This document shows positions 25,601 to 45,948 of a stretch of DNA of 64,000 bases, piece after piece; within the stretch, counting starts at the first letter, position 1; every line of letters begins with the position of its first letter. Source of the stretch: Chlorokybus atmophyticus (lineage: Eukaryota > Plantae > Mesostigma and Chlorokybus algae); NCBI GenBank assembly GCA_009103225.1, contig RHPI01001715.1:1206011-1270010 (forward strand), in the 5' to 3' direction. The position numbers were made by a program, and so were the translations under genes. The notes below the pieces were generated by a model, which was not told where the DNA came from, did not search any database, and saw nothing but the letters and a program-made list of their open reading frames with translations.

Positions 25601-26492
25601 CTTGTTACGCAAGACCTCATCACCGCGCACGCCAATGTGATGCATCATGTGCGTATAGAACGTCTGAGCGGTGAGTGCGTGCATCGACGGTTTGCAGATC
25701 AGTGCTCGGCTTTGATTGACTGACTGATTAGGTGGTAACAAGGCTTGTGTGGCAGATCCTTTGCCCATTGAACAGATGTACATCAATATCGGAAGCGTCA
25801 ACAACCCAATCTGGTTGGGTAAGCGCGGGACCAGTCAGTTGGAGGGAGGCAACTCGCACATTGTTCGCCCATTTTCAGCACCGAGCGGTGTTGACGCTGT
25901 CGCCGTAGCGTTGCGGGACAGCCTCCACCGCTGGAATACAAATGCGGCCATAAAAAATAAAAAGGCGAAAGACTTTGGCATCTTCGATCAGCGCATTCTT
26001 GAAGACATTCAGACTTTGGCGAGGCAGTTGTCCTGCCAAGTGACTCCATATGCAGAGTGGGTTGCGGTTACAATGCACAGCAACGAGCGCTTTGGTATGG
26101 ATGTCATTCCCACGGAGTTGCGTGGGTCGGGCTTGGTCGTGGGTGACAAGCCGCTTGACAACGCGCATTGCTCACCGCCTGGCTGCGCGGCAATCGACGC
26201 TATTGTGAACAATGCTCTCATGAAAAGTGCTCAACATCACTTCGAGCGCATCACACTTAATGTGGATGAAGGTTAGCATGGTGCATGTCGCGTATGAACG
26301 GTTGCAATTCAGTTACACAAGTTGCATCTCATGAAACATATCAACAGGTGATGATGCTGTCAACCGGAGCGGACCGACTGGTGCGAAGCGACATCGTGAG
26401 ACTGTCTCGCCCCTGTTGGGTAGGCGTCATGCACGTGCATGCGTGTATGTGCCTGCTTGACTGCGCGCGCACACACGCATGCGTGCATGCGC

Positions 26493-26528
<36 letters not shown>

Positions 26529-28100
26529 CATTGGCATTGTATGTTACAATTACAACTGTCAATCAATAGGCAACGCTCGTTGCCGGGTTGATGATGTGGA
26601 GGAGGAGTTGCCACAACCAAACCCAGCTGCAAACGCAGGTAGGTTGTGTGCACGCACATCATGCAGTTTGTGTGCACGTGCACGCGTAGGTGGGTGGGTG
26701 GGTGGGGGTCCGCGGCGTGCGTGTGTGTGTGAGTATGTGTGTGACTGACGCTGCCAGCAGCATCAGTAAGTGCGTGCGTGCATGTGTGACGGTGCATGTG
26801 TGACAGTGTGTGCGGGAGGGCGGGTGAAGGGGAGGGATGGGCCTGCGTGCATGCCCAGCGTTGGCACTTTACTATACGTCATACTGCATAATGTGTTGCT
26901 TAGACAACCGTCCATCTGTAGGCAACGCTCGTGCCCGAGTTGTTGATGTGGAAGAGGAGTTGCCCTGTGGGCAACGACCAAGCCCAACTGCAACTGCAGG
27001 TAGATTGTGTCTGCGTGCATGTGTGTATGTGACTGCCAGCTATGGGTGCATGTGTGACAATGTGTGTTAGTGTGTGCGGGAGGGTGGGTGAGGGGGAGGG
27101 TGCGTGCGTGCGTGGCGTTGGCACTTTACTGTACGTCATACTGCATAATTTGTTGCATTTACAACCGTCTGTCTGCAGGCAACGCTCGTGCCCGAGTTGT
27201 TGATGTGGAAGAGGAGTTGCCACGTGGGCCACGAGCAAACCCAGCTGCAACCGCAGGTAGATTGTGTTTGCATGCATGTGTGTATGTAACTGTTAGCTAT
27301 GCGCGTACGCACTCTGAGTCAGGCTCACACCCGCGCGCGTGCATCCGTGTAGCTGTGCGTGCACCGGTGTGCCTTAACTAAACCTGGCAGGTGGAGGTCA
27401 AGGACACACGTCACCAGCTGTGAACAATCGTACAGTCGCACCTGGTCATCAGACAAGTGTGCCTGGTCAGGAGCCTAGTCAGGTGGGCACATTCCCAACG
27501 GCCACAAGCTCGCACATGGCGAGCTTGTGGCCGTTGGGGATGTTGAAAAGAAGGCGTCAGATTGGCAGAGTGCGCAGCATGAATGCTCTGCCAGTGCCTG
27601 TGTTAACACGTGAAGAGAAGGATTTGTTTCATCGCTTGCATGCGGAGTATACACATGGTACAAAGACGGACTGGCACGAAATGACATGGCGATGGAACAA
27701 TGAGGTTGCATTTCAGTTGAGCCACACAACCAGTAGCAATGTGACCATCAATCCCAAGATCCGGGGACAACTGCAGAAATATGAAAAGCATATCATTCGC
27801 GAACAAGCGCGACAAGATTCAGCTAATTATTTGGCTACCGTGCAAACTGCTCTGCAGCGCCCCGCCGTGGAGAGCACACCACGCCAACCAGCAAGTGCAA
27901 GTCTAGCACAAGCGTGGAGGCCGTTCCAAGCCTGTACAGGACCAGCAACACAAGGCTGCGCGTCCACCAGCAATGTAACTCCCAAAGAGAAAGACCAGGG
28001 TCGCAAAGGGCAACCGAAGCCGTGTGTTGCGTGTACGAAGCAGCGCGGCCATCAAGTGCTTCGCGTCAACTGTCCATGCAAGAACCAAAAGAGAAAGTAG
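22647..28100 (+). CDS. Multi-exon DDE transposase with N-terminal Cys/His motif and C-terminal helical and Cys-rich domains
   Basis: HCPFC...GW...RRVHG...HRYKC; ILKADHTFK (D1); VMNEY; FYVDN (D2); KEDPRH (DxxH); GVPLV; RGTSQLEG (E); C-terminal PVLTREEKDLF...DWHEMTWRWN...KYEK and CVAC...CPC. No internal stops in the exons I could read; one intron contains a gap. Confidence 0.82.
23358..23826 (+). repeat. Intronic minisatellite (~81-105 bp units), each unit starting with G(T/C)AAGCGCCACTC
   Basis: Units at 23358, 23463, 23544, 23627 and 23708; the array runs into the N gap. Confidence 0.9.
26520..27300 (+). repeat. Triplicated exon plus flanking intron inside the transposase gene
   Basis: Exons at 26570-26638 (69 nt), 26922-26999 (78 nt) and 27179-27256 (78 nt), each AG|GCAACGCTCGT...GCAG|GTAG. 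Confidence 0.88.
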
Positions 28101-28301
28101 TGCTGTTGTAGCAATTGTGTGGGTAATTTCTGTAGCCAAGTTTTTGCAGTTGAGAATGCAGATGTTCGTGAGGTTGTTAATGTGTAGAGTGTGAAGGTGA
28201 TGTGACGTACTTTGGTTGTCTCTACGGTTCTTTTTAACACTACACTCAGTAGCGTCTTCTTGCGCATGCGTGCATGTCTATACGGAGACATTTAATGTGC
28301 G

Positions 28302-28302
<1 letters not shown>

Positions 28303-28344
<42 letters not shown>
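28303..28344 (+). repeat. (TG)n microsatellite; a second one lies at ~26495-26527
   Basis: Direct dinucleotide run. Confidence 0.95.
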
Positions 28345-28347
<3 letters not shown>

Positions 28348-30615
28348 AGGATCAAGGGAAAAAGTCTTTGGCTGTGCGAACTTGCAGTCCATATGCACAC
28401 TAGTTCATGCATNNNNNNNNNNNNNNNNNNNNNNNNNNNNNNNNNNNNNNNNNNNNNNNNNNNNNNNNNNNNNNNNNNNNNNNNNNNNNNNNNNNNNNNN
28501 NNNNNNNNNNNNNNNNNNNNNNNNNNNNNNNNNNNNNNNNNNNNNNNNNNNNNNNNNNNNNNNNNNNNNNNNNNNNNNNNNNNNNNNNNNNNNNNNNNNN
28601 NNNNNNNNNNNNNNNNNNNNNNNNNNNNNNNNNNNNNNNNNNNNNNNNNNNNNNNNNNNNNNNNNNNNNNNNNNNNNNNNNNNNNNNNNNNNNNNNNNNN
28701 NNNNNNNNNNNNNNNNNNNNNNNNNNNNNNNNNNNNNNNNNNNNNNNNNNNNNNNNNNNNNNNNNNNNNNNNNNNNNNNNNNNNNNNNNNNNNNNNNNNN
28801 NNNNNNNNNNNNNNNNNNNNNNNNNNNNNNNNNNNNNNNNNNNNNNNNNNNNNNNNNNNNNNNNNNNNNNNNNNNNNNNNNNNNNNNNNNNNNNNNNNNN
28901 NNGGGGCGCTGTATATTTGATACGTAAATGTAACCATAATGCACATGTATTGCTTAATATTAAACTTCATTTTGGACTAACAATCATAATGTTACAACTA
29001 TGTAAATCAGAGCATTCTCTAGCGTTAAAACATGGTCTAATGGTGTGTGACATGCTTTATGCATCAGCTCGCAATTGCTTGAGAGAATGTGACAATGAGA
29101 GTCTTTTTCTACAACATATGTATGATGTTCGGTTTATATCAGTGTGCGTGCATCATGGTAGAAATCTTGACTTCATCGCATCACATATGCCTTATTGTAC
29201 ACATAAGTCATATGTATGCATGAATGAAACTATTCGTCAGCATATATGTTCAATGCGTTAACCCACTTGTGATTGTCGTAATCATTTTGCAAGATGTGAT
29301 AATAGTAAATGCATGACAATGTGTATATACGCGGATTGGCCGAGCGAATGATGCTTCGGAGTTTTGTTCTGGGCTATATCAAAAAATTGATGTTTGTGTA
29401 AGTGCGTGTATGTAGATCAATAATAGATTGATTGTGATTGTTAACCGTGCTGACATTGGCCGTGCCGTTAGCCTAAGCCTTCGAATAATTGGACCTTGTG
29501 CCCGCGATTTCAATCACCGCAGCCGGTTAGTTCACCGCCGGCAGTGCGACATGGGGTCGCGGCGCTCTCAAAACGAAACTGTCGGCGCACGGAAGGGGTC
29601 TAAGCACACAAACTTCCGGATTTTTCCTGTTTTTTCCCCCCTATGTTGATTTCTGAAGGTTTTGTCCGCCCTATGAAAACGTTTTTTGGCCCTTGCCGGC
29701 ATGACTCAAATGGCATGACTCATGCCGCGTGAGTCGCGCGGCAGGACTTACCACGACTCTTGACTCACGAGTCTCCAGTCACGACTTGTGACAAAAGTCG
29801 CACCGCGGCACGCTGTAGCAGCTTGTGCGCGCGTGAGCTGAGGCACGGTCCCATCAAAGAGCATGCCGTCACTCATTGCAGTGCAATCTCGTGTATGATT
29901 GCGTGCGAGCGACTCAAGTCACTCGACCGTTGCTGGAGCAGCAAGGCTGGCGGCAAGAAACTCGTTTCCCGCCACATCACTGGCGCGCCGCAAGCAACAG
30001 CTGACACTTGTTTTCAAACAACCTGGATGTGACAAGCCCCTCCAACAATAACACCATGCAATTGCATTGGTATGAAGTAGAAGCCAGAACTTCACGTGGT
30101 ATTTGCAATTTTGGTGATACTAGTGTCACCAAAAATCACCAAGCTTTTCACTTGGTTGACTTCATCACACAAATGGTTTTGCGTGAGTGTGATGCTGTTG
30201 ATGTAAAGCACGCGACTTTGCGCCAATTCTGCCATCATGCAATGTTATTGGCAAATGTGTTACATGAGAGCAACACATGAAGCGCAATCTCAGTCACTTT
30301 TCGGCTATGAACCATGCTCGGAGCGGCGGACCATACGCTTGCCAGGGGCAGCCGAGGCGGCAGTGGTAGGTAAAATCAAAAACAATGACAACATGCGACT
30401 GACCTAACCACATGCAAAAATTGGTAATACAACATGCCCAATACAGACCAAAGCTATGTTGTTATACACAGCCATGTCTTTTCGTCTTGTACTGTATATG
30501 ACTGGCTACTGCACGGTTGCCCACCCTAAATAAGTGTTAACCACTGATAGTGCTGCAAATGCGGTGTGCACACGACATCCAAGGCGCGCCATGTACTATT
30601 GGGAGCCACGCTGCG

Positions 30616-32376
30616 TTAGCTCTCATCCTTGTGCCTGAACTCGATGGTCAACAATGCAAACATGTGAGACAGGTGGAGTTAGTGATAATGAGTGTCCTAG
30701 TTGTGGCAAAGTTATGCACAGTTGCGCAATACATACCTGCGCGCAAAAGACTGATCTCGTGTGTCAATTACAACTTGATCACCAACTCCAATGAAGGCCG
30801 GCACCTGCATCTTGATTAGTAGCTGCAACTTGCAAAGCTTAAGCTGGCAACTTCATTCTCCAGACAAAACACGTCGCACACCTGTACGGTGAGGCCGTTT
30901 GTCAAGACAGCTGGTTTATAGCTGCGAACACACTTCAGGTAAGTCAATAATGGACGATGCGCACAATGCTTGCTGCCACATGAGCACCTTGGTTTGGCTG
31001 TCTGCCCTTTGGCGTACGGGTCAGTCTCTCGCACTGTGCATGTAACTTGAGGAGGTACTGATGCTTGAACAACATCTTCGTCGTGTATTGACACTGTCAC
31101 CGGCATTCCCTCTGCAGATCAGACAGCACTTGCTGTGCCAGAGCTGCAAACTGCAGACTGGGTTCGCAAATGAACTACAGCAGGTTGCAAAGTCAAGGAC
31201 CATATTGACAAACCTTGCAAGAATGCTGCAGCCTCGCCAAACATAGAGCGGGGTAACGCAACCTGTTCAAATGTGTCCGGGCTGCAAAGACAAGCCCCAC
31301 ATTTATGACCTGAGCTGCAAACCCTAATAAGCACACAGCTTGTTGCTTACTGCATAACGTGGACAGCATCTCCTTCGTGGTACAGGTATGTGCGCTGCTG
31401 TTCTTCAAGCCTAATCCCTGCAGGCCGCTGGCAGAAGTCGGCAACAGCAGCGGACAACAACACAACATGAAAGTGTACGGTACGTAGACAACTCCCTCAC
31501 TTTCAACGGACTCGCTGGGGCGCAACCGCTCTGTAAATTTGCTTCCATCAAGCACGTCCCTGAGTTCCACCTGCAAACAGTCACGCGCGGCGTGTTATGG
31601 CAACGCAAGGCAAGTTTGGCTTACACAACTTGGTGACATGCGAACCTGAACATTGGCGCTGCCCCGTCCTTGCTGTGCATGATGCGCGGATACCACCTGC
31701 AAAGCAATCACGTTGTCAAACGGCTAGTCAGCCTTTGCTGTTTGTTGTTGGCCATGACAATGCTGATGCACTGTCAAGGCAACATACATGGCTGTACCTC
31801 AAACAGCCGACCTGCGGAGACAGCAAGATTGCGAGTTAGTGTAATCGTGGGGCAGTTGCTTGTTTTGTTGCTTCGCACCTTTGCGTTCAATCACATTCCC
31901 GGCTTTCACCTGCACATGCCGACAGTCAGTCAAACACTGCACCAGCGCGAACTGCATGGTTGATGATGTTCATTTCAACCTCCAGCAAACACAGCATGGA
32001 GACGAAGTTGCTGCAGTAGTCAACATGAGCGTAAACCCACTGCTCACTGCTGACTCTGAGCATGGCAACCCTGTGAGCACGTATGACAGTGGCAATGGCT
32101 TAAACTTGTGGCTGGAGAGACGATGCACGAAAGCCAATTGCACAAACACACTTGTTGTGCAGAGCGCTGGTTGTTTGACTGCAGGAAAACTGTCAAGTGC
32201 ACTAGAGTACTGCTGCTACTTGCCTCGCTGCCATTGACTCGCACATGACGCACGAACTGCCGTAAGCATGTTGACGTTGATGATGCTGTTGACGAACCCT
32301 CACCCAATCTGAAACTTCCAGCTTGCCGGCCGAGCAGTAACAGCAGGCCGCGCCGCCTCGCTCCCACAGCCGCCAT
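30616..32376 (-). CDS. efp: Organellar (probably mitochondrial) elongation factor P, multi-exon
   Basis: Presequence-like MAAVGARRRGLLLL...RHVRVNGSE|VKAGNVIERKG|RLFE|VVSAHHAQQGRGSANVQ|VELRDVLDGSKFTERLRPSESVE...PDTFEQVALP...SVPPQVTCTVRET...YKPAVLTNGLTVQ|VPAFIGVGDQVVIDTRDQSFARR. The last exon and stop are uncertain. Confidence 0.88.
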
Positions 32377-33425
32377 CACCTGCACAATCCGGTGAGCACA
32401 GCTTGGGCAAGCTAGCTCTGCCAGCTGGCATGCATGCCCAGGTTGTGGCAGTCAACAAGCCTGCAAACTGACTGCCACAACACCTAATGCCAGACATGCA
32501 AGAATGAACGCGTGCATGGGGACTTGAACCGCCACGAGAACACGCATACCGCACCAAGCAAAAAGAGAATAACAGTAACACGACATCTAACACGCGCGCG
32601 CGATTCACGCAACAAAACCGACACACAGCACGTCACATATCATGTACACGTCAATCTCTACTACTCTGCCTACACATGCACAGCCACACCACGCATGTGC
32701 GCGTTGTACAAAACTTCAACACTGCCGTCGGCATCAATGCTCACGACGTAAGCCCCGCCGCCAACATCACCACACACCTTCTTCAGCGGGCGCAGGCAGC
32801 GAAACACACCACCACACCACCAGCAACGCACGCACAAGCACCACGACGACACGACCCTGGCTCGCCGCCAGTACGCGTTTCTCGCGTTTGTGAGTTTTGC
32901 ATGGCAACAGAGGTCGACGCCACACCCTCAGAAAGAACGGCACAACTGCCGCATTTTGCTGGCGTGTCATCAAATGGCAGTCTATTCACCTAAAAATCAA
33001 TGCTTTGCAAAGCGGCCAAACTCCGGACGACAGCGGACGGTGGCGACAACGGCGGCGGCGGCGGCGACGGAGGAGGAGAAGGAGCAGGAGGTGGAGGAGG
33101 AAGAGGAAGGGGAGGGGGGGGGGGGGNNNNNNNNNNNNNNNNNNNNNNNNNNNNNNNNNNNNNNNNNNNNNNNNNNNNNNNNNNNNNNNNNNNNNNNNNN
33201 NNNNNNNNNNNNNNNNNNNNNNNNNNNNNNNNNNNNNNNNNNNNNNNNNNNNNNNNNNNNNNNNNNNNNNNNNNGGGGGGGGGGGGAGGAAGCGACGGCT
33301 CAGTTTGGGGCAGGCTGACATGGGCTGCGCGCGCATACCGAGGGATGTGGAACTAGCAGGCTCCGTGTAGGGGAGGGGTCGGGCTGCCGTTGCGGCAGAC
33401 AGCCCAACTGACAAACGGCGTGAAC

Positions 33426-40942
<7,517 letters not shown>

Positions 40943-42561
40943 GGATGTTATTTGATAGCAGTAGTGGGCTCGCGTAGAAGTTGTCATCAGAGAACAGGAG
41001 TTGCAGCCGCCAAAGTATTTAGTTTACTAGCTGTTAGCTGTTGTGCTTTTTGCTGGTGTATACTGCCTCCTGTGTTTATCGGCCGAATGGGCTTTGCATA
41101 CCCAGCCTGTTGAGCTCACCGCGATATTCAGACAGTGAATGACACTAGCTGTTCTTTCGTCACGCACATCGGCCCTGTGGGCAAGTGAACGCATATGCAT
41201 GTGCATGCTTGCACGCTAACGGGGCAGTAGTAGGGGTAGAGTAGTGTGTTAGGTAGTGAATGAACCCGGTGGTTACTTTACGGCAGTGTGATTGGCACTG
41301 TCTCACTTTGCATGCTGACTGTGCATGCCACTATGCATGTGCATTTCCGTTTCGCATTGTTTGTACAACATGGGGGCAGTAGTGATAGGGTAGCGGTAGT
41401 AGGTAGATAGCATTTACATACAAGCGAATGCCTTAGCCCGGTAGTCACGTTGGTGAGTGGTTGTTATGTGGATGTGGCATGGCGTGTTCTTGTAGATTTG
41501 CATCTTTTGTACACAACACTTCAACCAGGTGATCAGCTGTTAACTCACCTTCCGTGGTGACCTGCCCGGCGGCCTAAGTGAAAGCCTTTTTACCCAGTCA
41601 AGTATGGGTATGCGCAGCATTGCAAGCAGCATTTGCACAACCTATTGCATCATGCCGTGCAAGTGACAGATCTTGTCACCACATCAGCTCAAGTTGCACA
41701 AAAGCTTTTGACGAGGTTTTTCTGTCCACTTGCATTTGAATGCAAGTGGACAACACGTTGCATTGTAAATGGATTTATGCAACACTGATCATGAACCCCC
41801 TGAGCCCTAGACGTAGCTGTCCCACAGACGACATGCATGCGTCATGCGATGCCATACTGCGGCTTACCGCTGCGTACATGATATATGGCATGTTGTGCAC
41901 ACACTGTGTGCTCGCAAAATGCGTTAGAGCTGATGAGGGGCGGGTTAAGCATGGCGCGGTTCCTTGACAAGGTCCCGCATGTGGGACATGTCGCCAAGTG
42001 CACAAGTAGGCGGGTGCATTGTTACGCACAGCGTAAATCAAGGGGAATACAAGCAGACACACCAGCATGTGGTGGGCGCTAATGATGGATGCGGTGTGTA
42101 ACCTCTGGCTGCTGGTCAACGACATGTGCATGCGTGGCGGCAATTTGCCGATGCGTTGACACACAAGCAACAATCAAAAGCCGAGATCGCAAGAGCATCA
42201 CCTAAAACATTCTCCATGCGTCGTCCCGTGTGTAGTATGATCTAGGTGTACCTACACATCAGAGCTAGATTAGATTAGCAAGAAATGCCCACATGTACGT
42301 ATGTGAACTTCTGCACATGCTTGCAATACTATACCATATGCTTGTGCGCAACATCCATTTCAAGCATAAGATTCTATTGATCAAGTGATTATTAACAGAC
42401 TATCTGCCAAGCATCGTACATGTACCGCACCAACGACCGTTGCATACATTATGAGAAGCATGTGCACACGTGTTGACATGCCGCGATTTGCGCATCACTG
42501 CATTTCTACTCTAGTGCTTATTGCAAAAAGGAAATACTGCTAGCTAAGCTGGAAAACTTTA

Positions 42562-45500
42562 CTAACAATGGTTTTCCAACTGATCGGAGCTTGGGCAGCC
42601 GTTCCGCGCAGTGTTTTGGTAGTTAAACTTGTTTATGGCTGCGTTCACTGCGCGTAGAACGGGTCTGTCAATTCAGGAAATCAAATAACATTCTTACGTA
42701 ATGTCACCACCCAAGCCACTTACGCCTTGTGGAATTAGCCGCATTGTACAAGGTGTGACGGAAGTCGAGCTTGACCGAAAGGGGACACTGAGAGTTGATC
42801 AACGTTTAGCTGACTCAGAAACAGGTGTATTGTGAGAAAGGAATGCATATAAGCATTTCCTACAAAACCTGTGCATAGTAAAGCGTTTCCGCATTGAGCA
42901 GAGCTGCGGTGGCCTCAGCTGCGAAGTAGTCGACCTGAGCAGTTCCACTGTCAATGCGCAAGCATGCTAAACAGCAGCATGCATGCAATCAACTCGTTAT
43001 TCTTGGCTAACACACGCGCTCACACGCACAAACAGATCCGCGGATAGGCTTGCACTGCACGTAAGCATGTGCTTAAAGTTGTGTGCACGCGTACCCCATA
43101 GAGACGGACATACCTGACGTGCGAAGGTGCTGAAAGCTTGAGCGACGGTACGGTTGCCAAAGAAGCTCTGAATGACCTGCACATACAGAGGCCATTTGTA
43201 CGTGCCGCACACACCGCGATTGCAAGCAGTAACTCAAGCTAACAACGAAGGAAACAGCATGAAGCACCCATACCCGCGCGTCCTGACTTGCACGACTAGC
43301 AAACGCATCAGCAAGCCTGGTGGAAGGCTTGATGTTGTTGGGGTGGTAGCACGTCAGAAGACTTCGCCACTGGTATATTGGACATCCCTCTTTCCCACGC
43401 ACTCTACCCTCCGGAAACGCCGCCCTGTCGACCACAAAATCAAGAGTGTGATGTTCATGTGAAAGCGTGTGATTGCATGGTTGTGTGTGCACAGACACTT
43501 ACGTCACGCATGACGGTGGGGTGTCAACTACTGTCACGTTGAGGCCGCGTGACACCTCCACACCTTCCTGGGAAAGCGTAACTGTAATGAGCTTGACTCC
43601 GGTAGTGCCGTACTGGCAGTAGCCTGTCTTGCTGCCCTGTCGCAGGCACCAGAAAGTCACTTGATAAGGGAAACAGTGCTGCAATTGCGTGCACACATGT
43701 GTGTGCGCTCACCACGTGCTCAGGACCACAGTCAATGGTCAGCGTGGATGGGAGACAGGCAGCTATGTTGGGAGAGGCAACGATCTGAATGGGCTCTTTA
43801 AGACTGGCTCTTGCATTGCGGCTTGCTGGGACAGCGCTTATGGAGGAGAAACTCGGGGGCGGTACGGGGCCAGTGACGGTGACATTGGTGGTAAGAATTA
43901 ACGGGACCGCGTTGGGGCAGGAGGCTGGGTCCTTGCTGCTTGCGCGCACGTGTATCGGGTACACCCCCGGGCGGAGATGAAGAGCGTATGGACTTAAAGA
44001 GGCTTGCGGCCCCGTTGCGTCGTCAAACTGACCGTCGCTGTTGAGGTCCCAGGCCAGGCCTCGCGCATTGCCGCACTCGTCGGCACCCCCGCTAGCAGCC
44101 ACAGTGACACTCCCGCCGCACAAGAGCGCTGTGTAAGGCCCTCCAATGCTGCATAGCCAAAAGGTGAGCAGTTGGTCACGACAACAAAGGTGACGGCACC
44201 GACAACAAAGACAATGACAACGACAAGACGCATGCAAGTGAAGTCGCACTCACTAGTAGGCAGCAACTGTGAGGCTGCGGGAGCGTATGACGGAGACGCC
44301 ATTCTGGGTCAAGTTTGCGGTAATGGTTTTCTGTCCAGTAGTACTGTACCGACAGAACGGTGTCCTCGTGCTCTGTGCACACGCTCGGTCGCACAGTCAG
44401 CAAAGGACTGTGGATGCAGAACGTGGCATGCAGCAACACAAACGCTTGCAACTCACCACGCTGCCTGCGCCGCAGTCAATAGTGAGGGTCCAAGGCAGGC
44501 AGTATATAACCGACCTCGACGTTGTGATCGCTACGTCTTCTGCTGTTACAGCAACTGGGTTGCCGCTGTCTAGACGTATGGATATGCTGATGGCAAGCTT
44601 GACACCCGCAATGACAGTCACATCGACTGTGTGCACTTCCATCGGAGAGGCGGCGCAGGCCGGGCTGCTGTAAGACTGCACGCGTACAGTGTGGACACCC
44701 GGAACGAGTTGTAGGCTGCTGGTGTCGAGGAGAGGCCTGCTCCCTGCGACCAAAAGGTGACCGTCGTTTTTGAAATCCCATGCGAGGTGACGCTGTGACC
44801 CGCACGCGTCGGTTTGAATGGGAGCTGCAAGAACAACGAAGTCACACGCGGTGACGCGGTATGGCCCTCCCATGCTGCACGCACGTACACAATCTGTTCA
44901 GTGTGATGCGTGCGCAATCAAGCTGGCAGAGTAGGTGTAGCAACAGCACTTACTAGAAGGCTGCGACCGTGATGTTGAATGAGCCAGACGCTGAGGCGCC
45001 AAACTGGTGAACAGTTGCAACGATGGTTTTGATGCCTGCGCTGGTGTATCGACAGTATCTATCCGGTTCACGTTCGTCAACCTGAAGCAGAACAAGTGTG
45101 TGTCAACAAACACCAACATGCGATCCAACATGCAACCACTGCGGCTGCACGCGAACCGCGTGACTCACCACACTGCCTGGACCGCAGTTTATATCCGTGC
45201 CATAAATCTGGCATTCTGCAGCATTGCTCTGCGCTGTGACTTCGATGCGCTCCTGAACGCTTGGAACCGCGTTGCCACTCGCTGGAACGGTTATCACGCT
45301 GCTGACAAATAGCGGCGCGATGGTGACGTTGACGGTGGTGCTCACGACCTCAGGAGGAGAGTTTGGGCAGGAGCTGCTGCTGCTGGCACGCACGCTGATC
45401 GTGTAGACTCCGCGATCTCTCGCACCCTCGTCGAAGGCGTTAAAGCTGGGATGGGGACCGGTAGCGTCGTCGAACACGCCGTCGTTGTTCAGGTCCCAAG

Positions 45501-45948
45501 CCAATGAGCGCTGCGTGCCGCATGCATCCGCACCCGCGACAGCACTCAGCTGGATGGTGTCGCATATGTCCGCACGATATGGCCCTCCTGTGCTGAGGAA
45601 CGCACCAGCTCACAGCGTGCATGTGCGTGCTGTGCTGAAGAGGCAACGCGTCTATTCTGTCACATGTACCGCTCACATATCCGATGATGATGGAATCCAT
45701 CATGGTCCTTACAACGACATGCATGCATGCATGCATTAACAACGTCATCAGCGGCTGGCTCAGTAAGCAAAGGCCTGCGTCAAAAACTGACCGCAATGCC
45801 AGCCGCATGTTATTAGCTGGCAGCTAATAACATGTGACAGCAACGACAAGCAACAACGAAGTCTTCAGCATCCACGCAAACCACTGTTGGCACAAACTCA
45901 CGTGAGGGCGGAGGCGCCACAGACAGCCAGAGGCGCCAGAGACAGCAT
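42562..45948 (-). CDS. Secreted PKD/Ig-like repeat protein (3 units) with PDF1/FOCL1-like C-terminal domain; short paralog A, no NIDO
   Basis: MLSLAPLAVCGASALT|TGGPY...AWDLNNDGVFDDATG...; three two-exon repeat units; C-terminus GCPIYQW...FFGNRTVAQAF...EATAALLNA...INKFNYQN...C*. Confidence 0.78.

Larger units (their letters stand above)
21330..28412 (+). mobile_element. Putative autonomous DNA transposon (DDE, DxxH supergroup related to MULE/P/Kolobok/hAT; DUF6729-like). Left end approximate, right end probably within the gap
   Basis: Abrupt shift from AT-rich host DNA to a GC-rich motif-repeat region at ~21330, a transposase gene, microsatellite-laden introns, then host-like AT-rich DNA after the 28413-28902 gap. 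No TIR or TSD could be verified. Confidence 0.7.

Noticed and set aside
26520-27300. Repeat-spacer appearance (CRISPR-like)
   Set aside because: The units are long exon-intron duplications with similar, not unique, spacers; the context is eukaryotic with no cas genes.
21330-29700. Terminal inverted repeats pairing 21330-21530 with 29550-29700
   Set aside because: Only AAAACGTTTT and CACGGAAG are shared. There is no extended inverted match or TSD, and host-like AT-rich DNA lies between.
19500-33000. Idea that the transposon split Kelch exons off the phosphatase
   Set aside because: The minus-strand exons beyond the element belong to EF-P, and no Kelch motifs (GG...W) were seen on either side.
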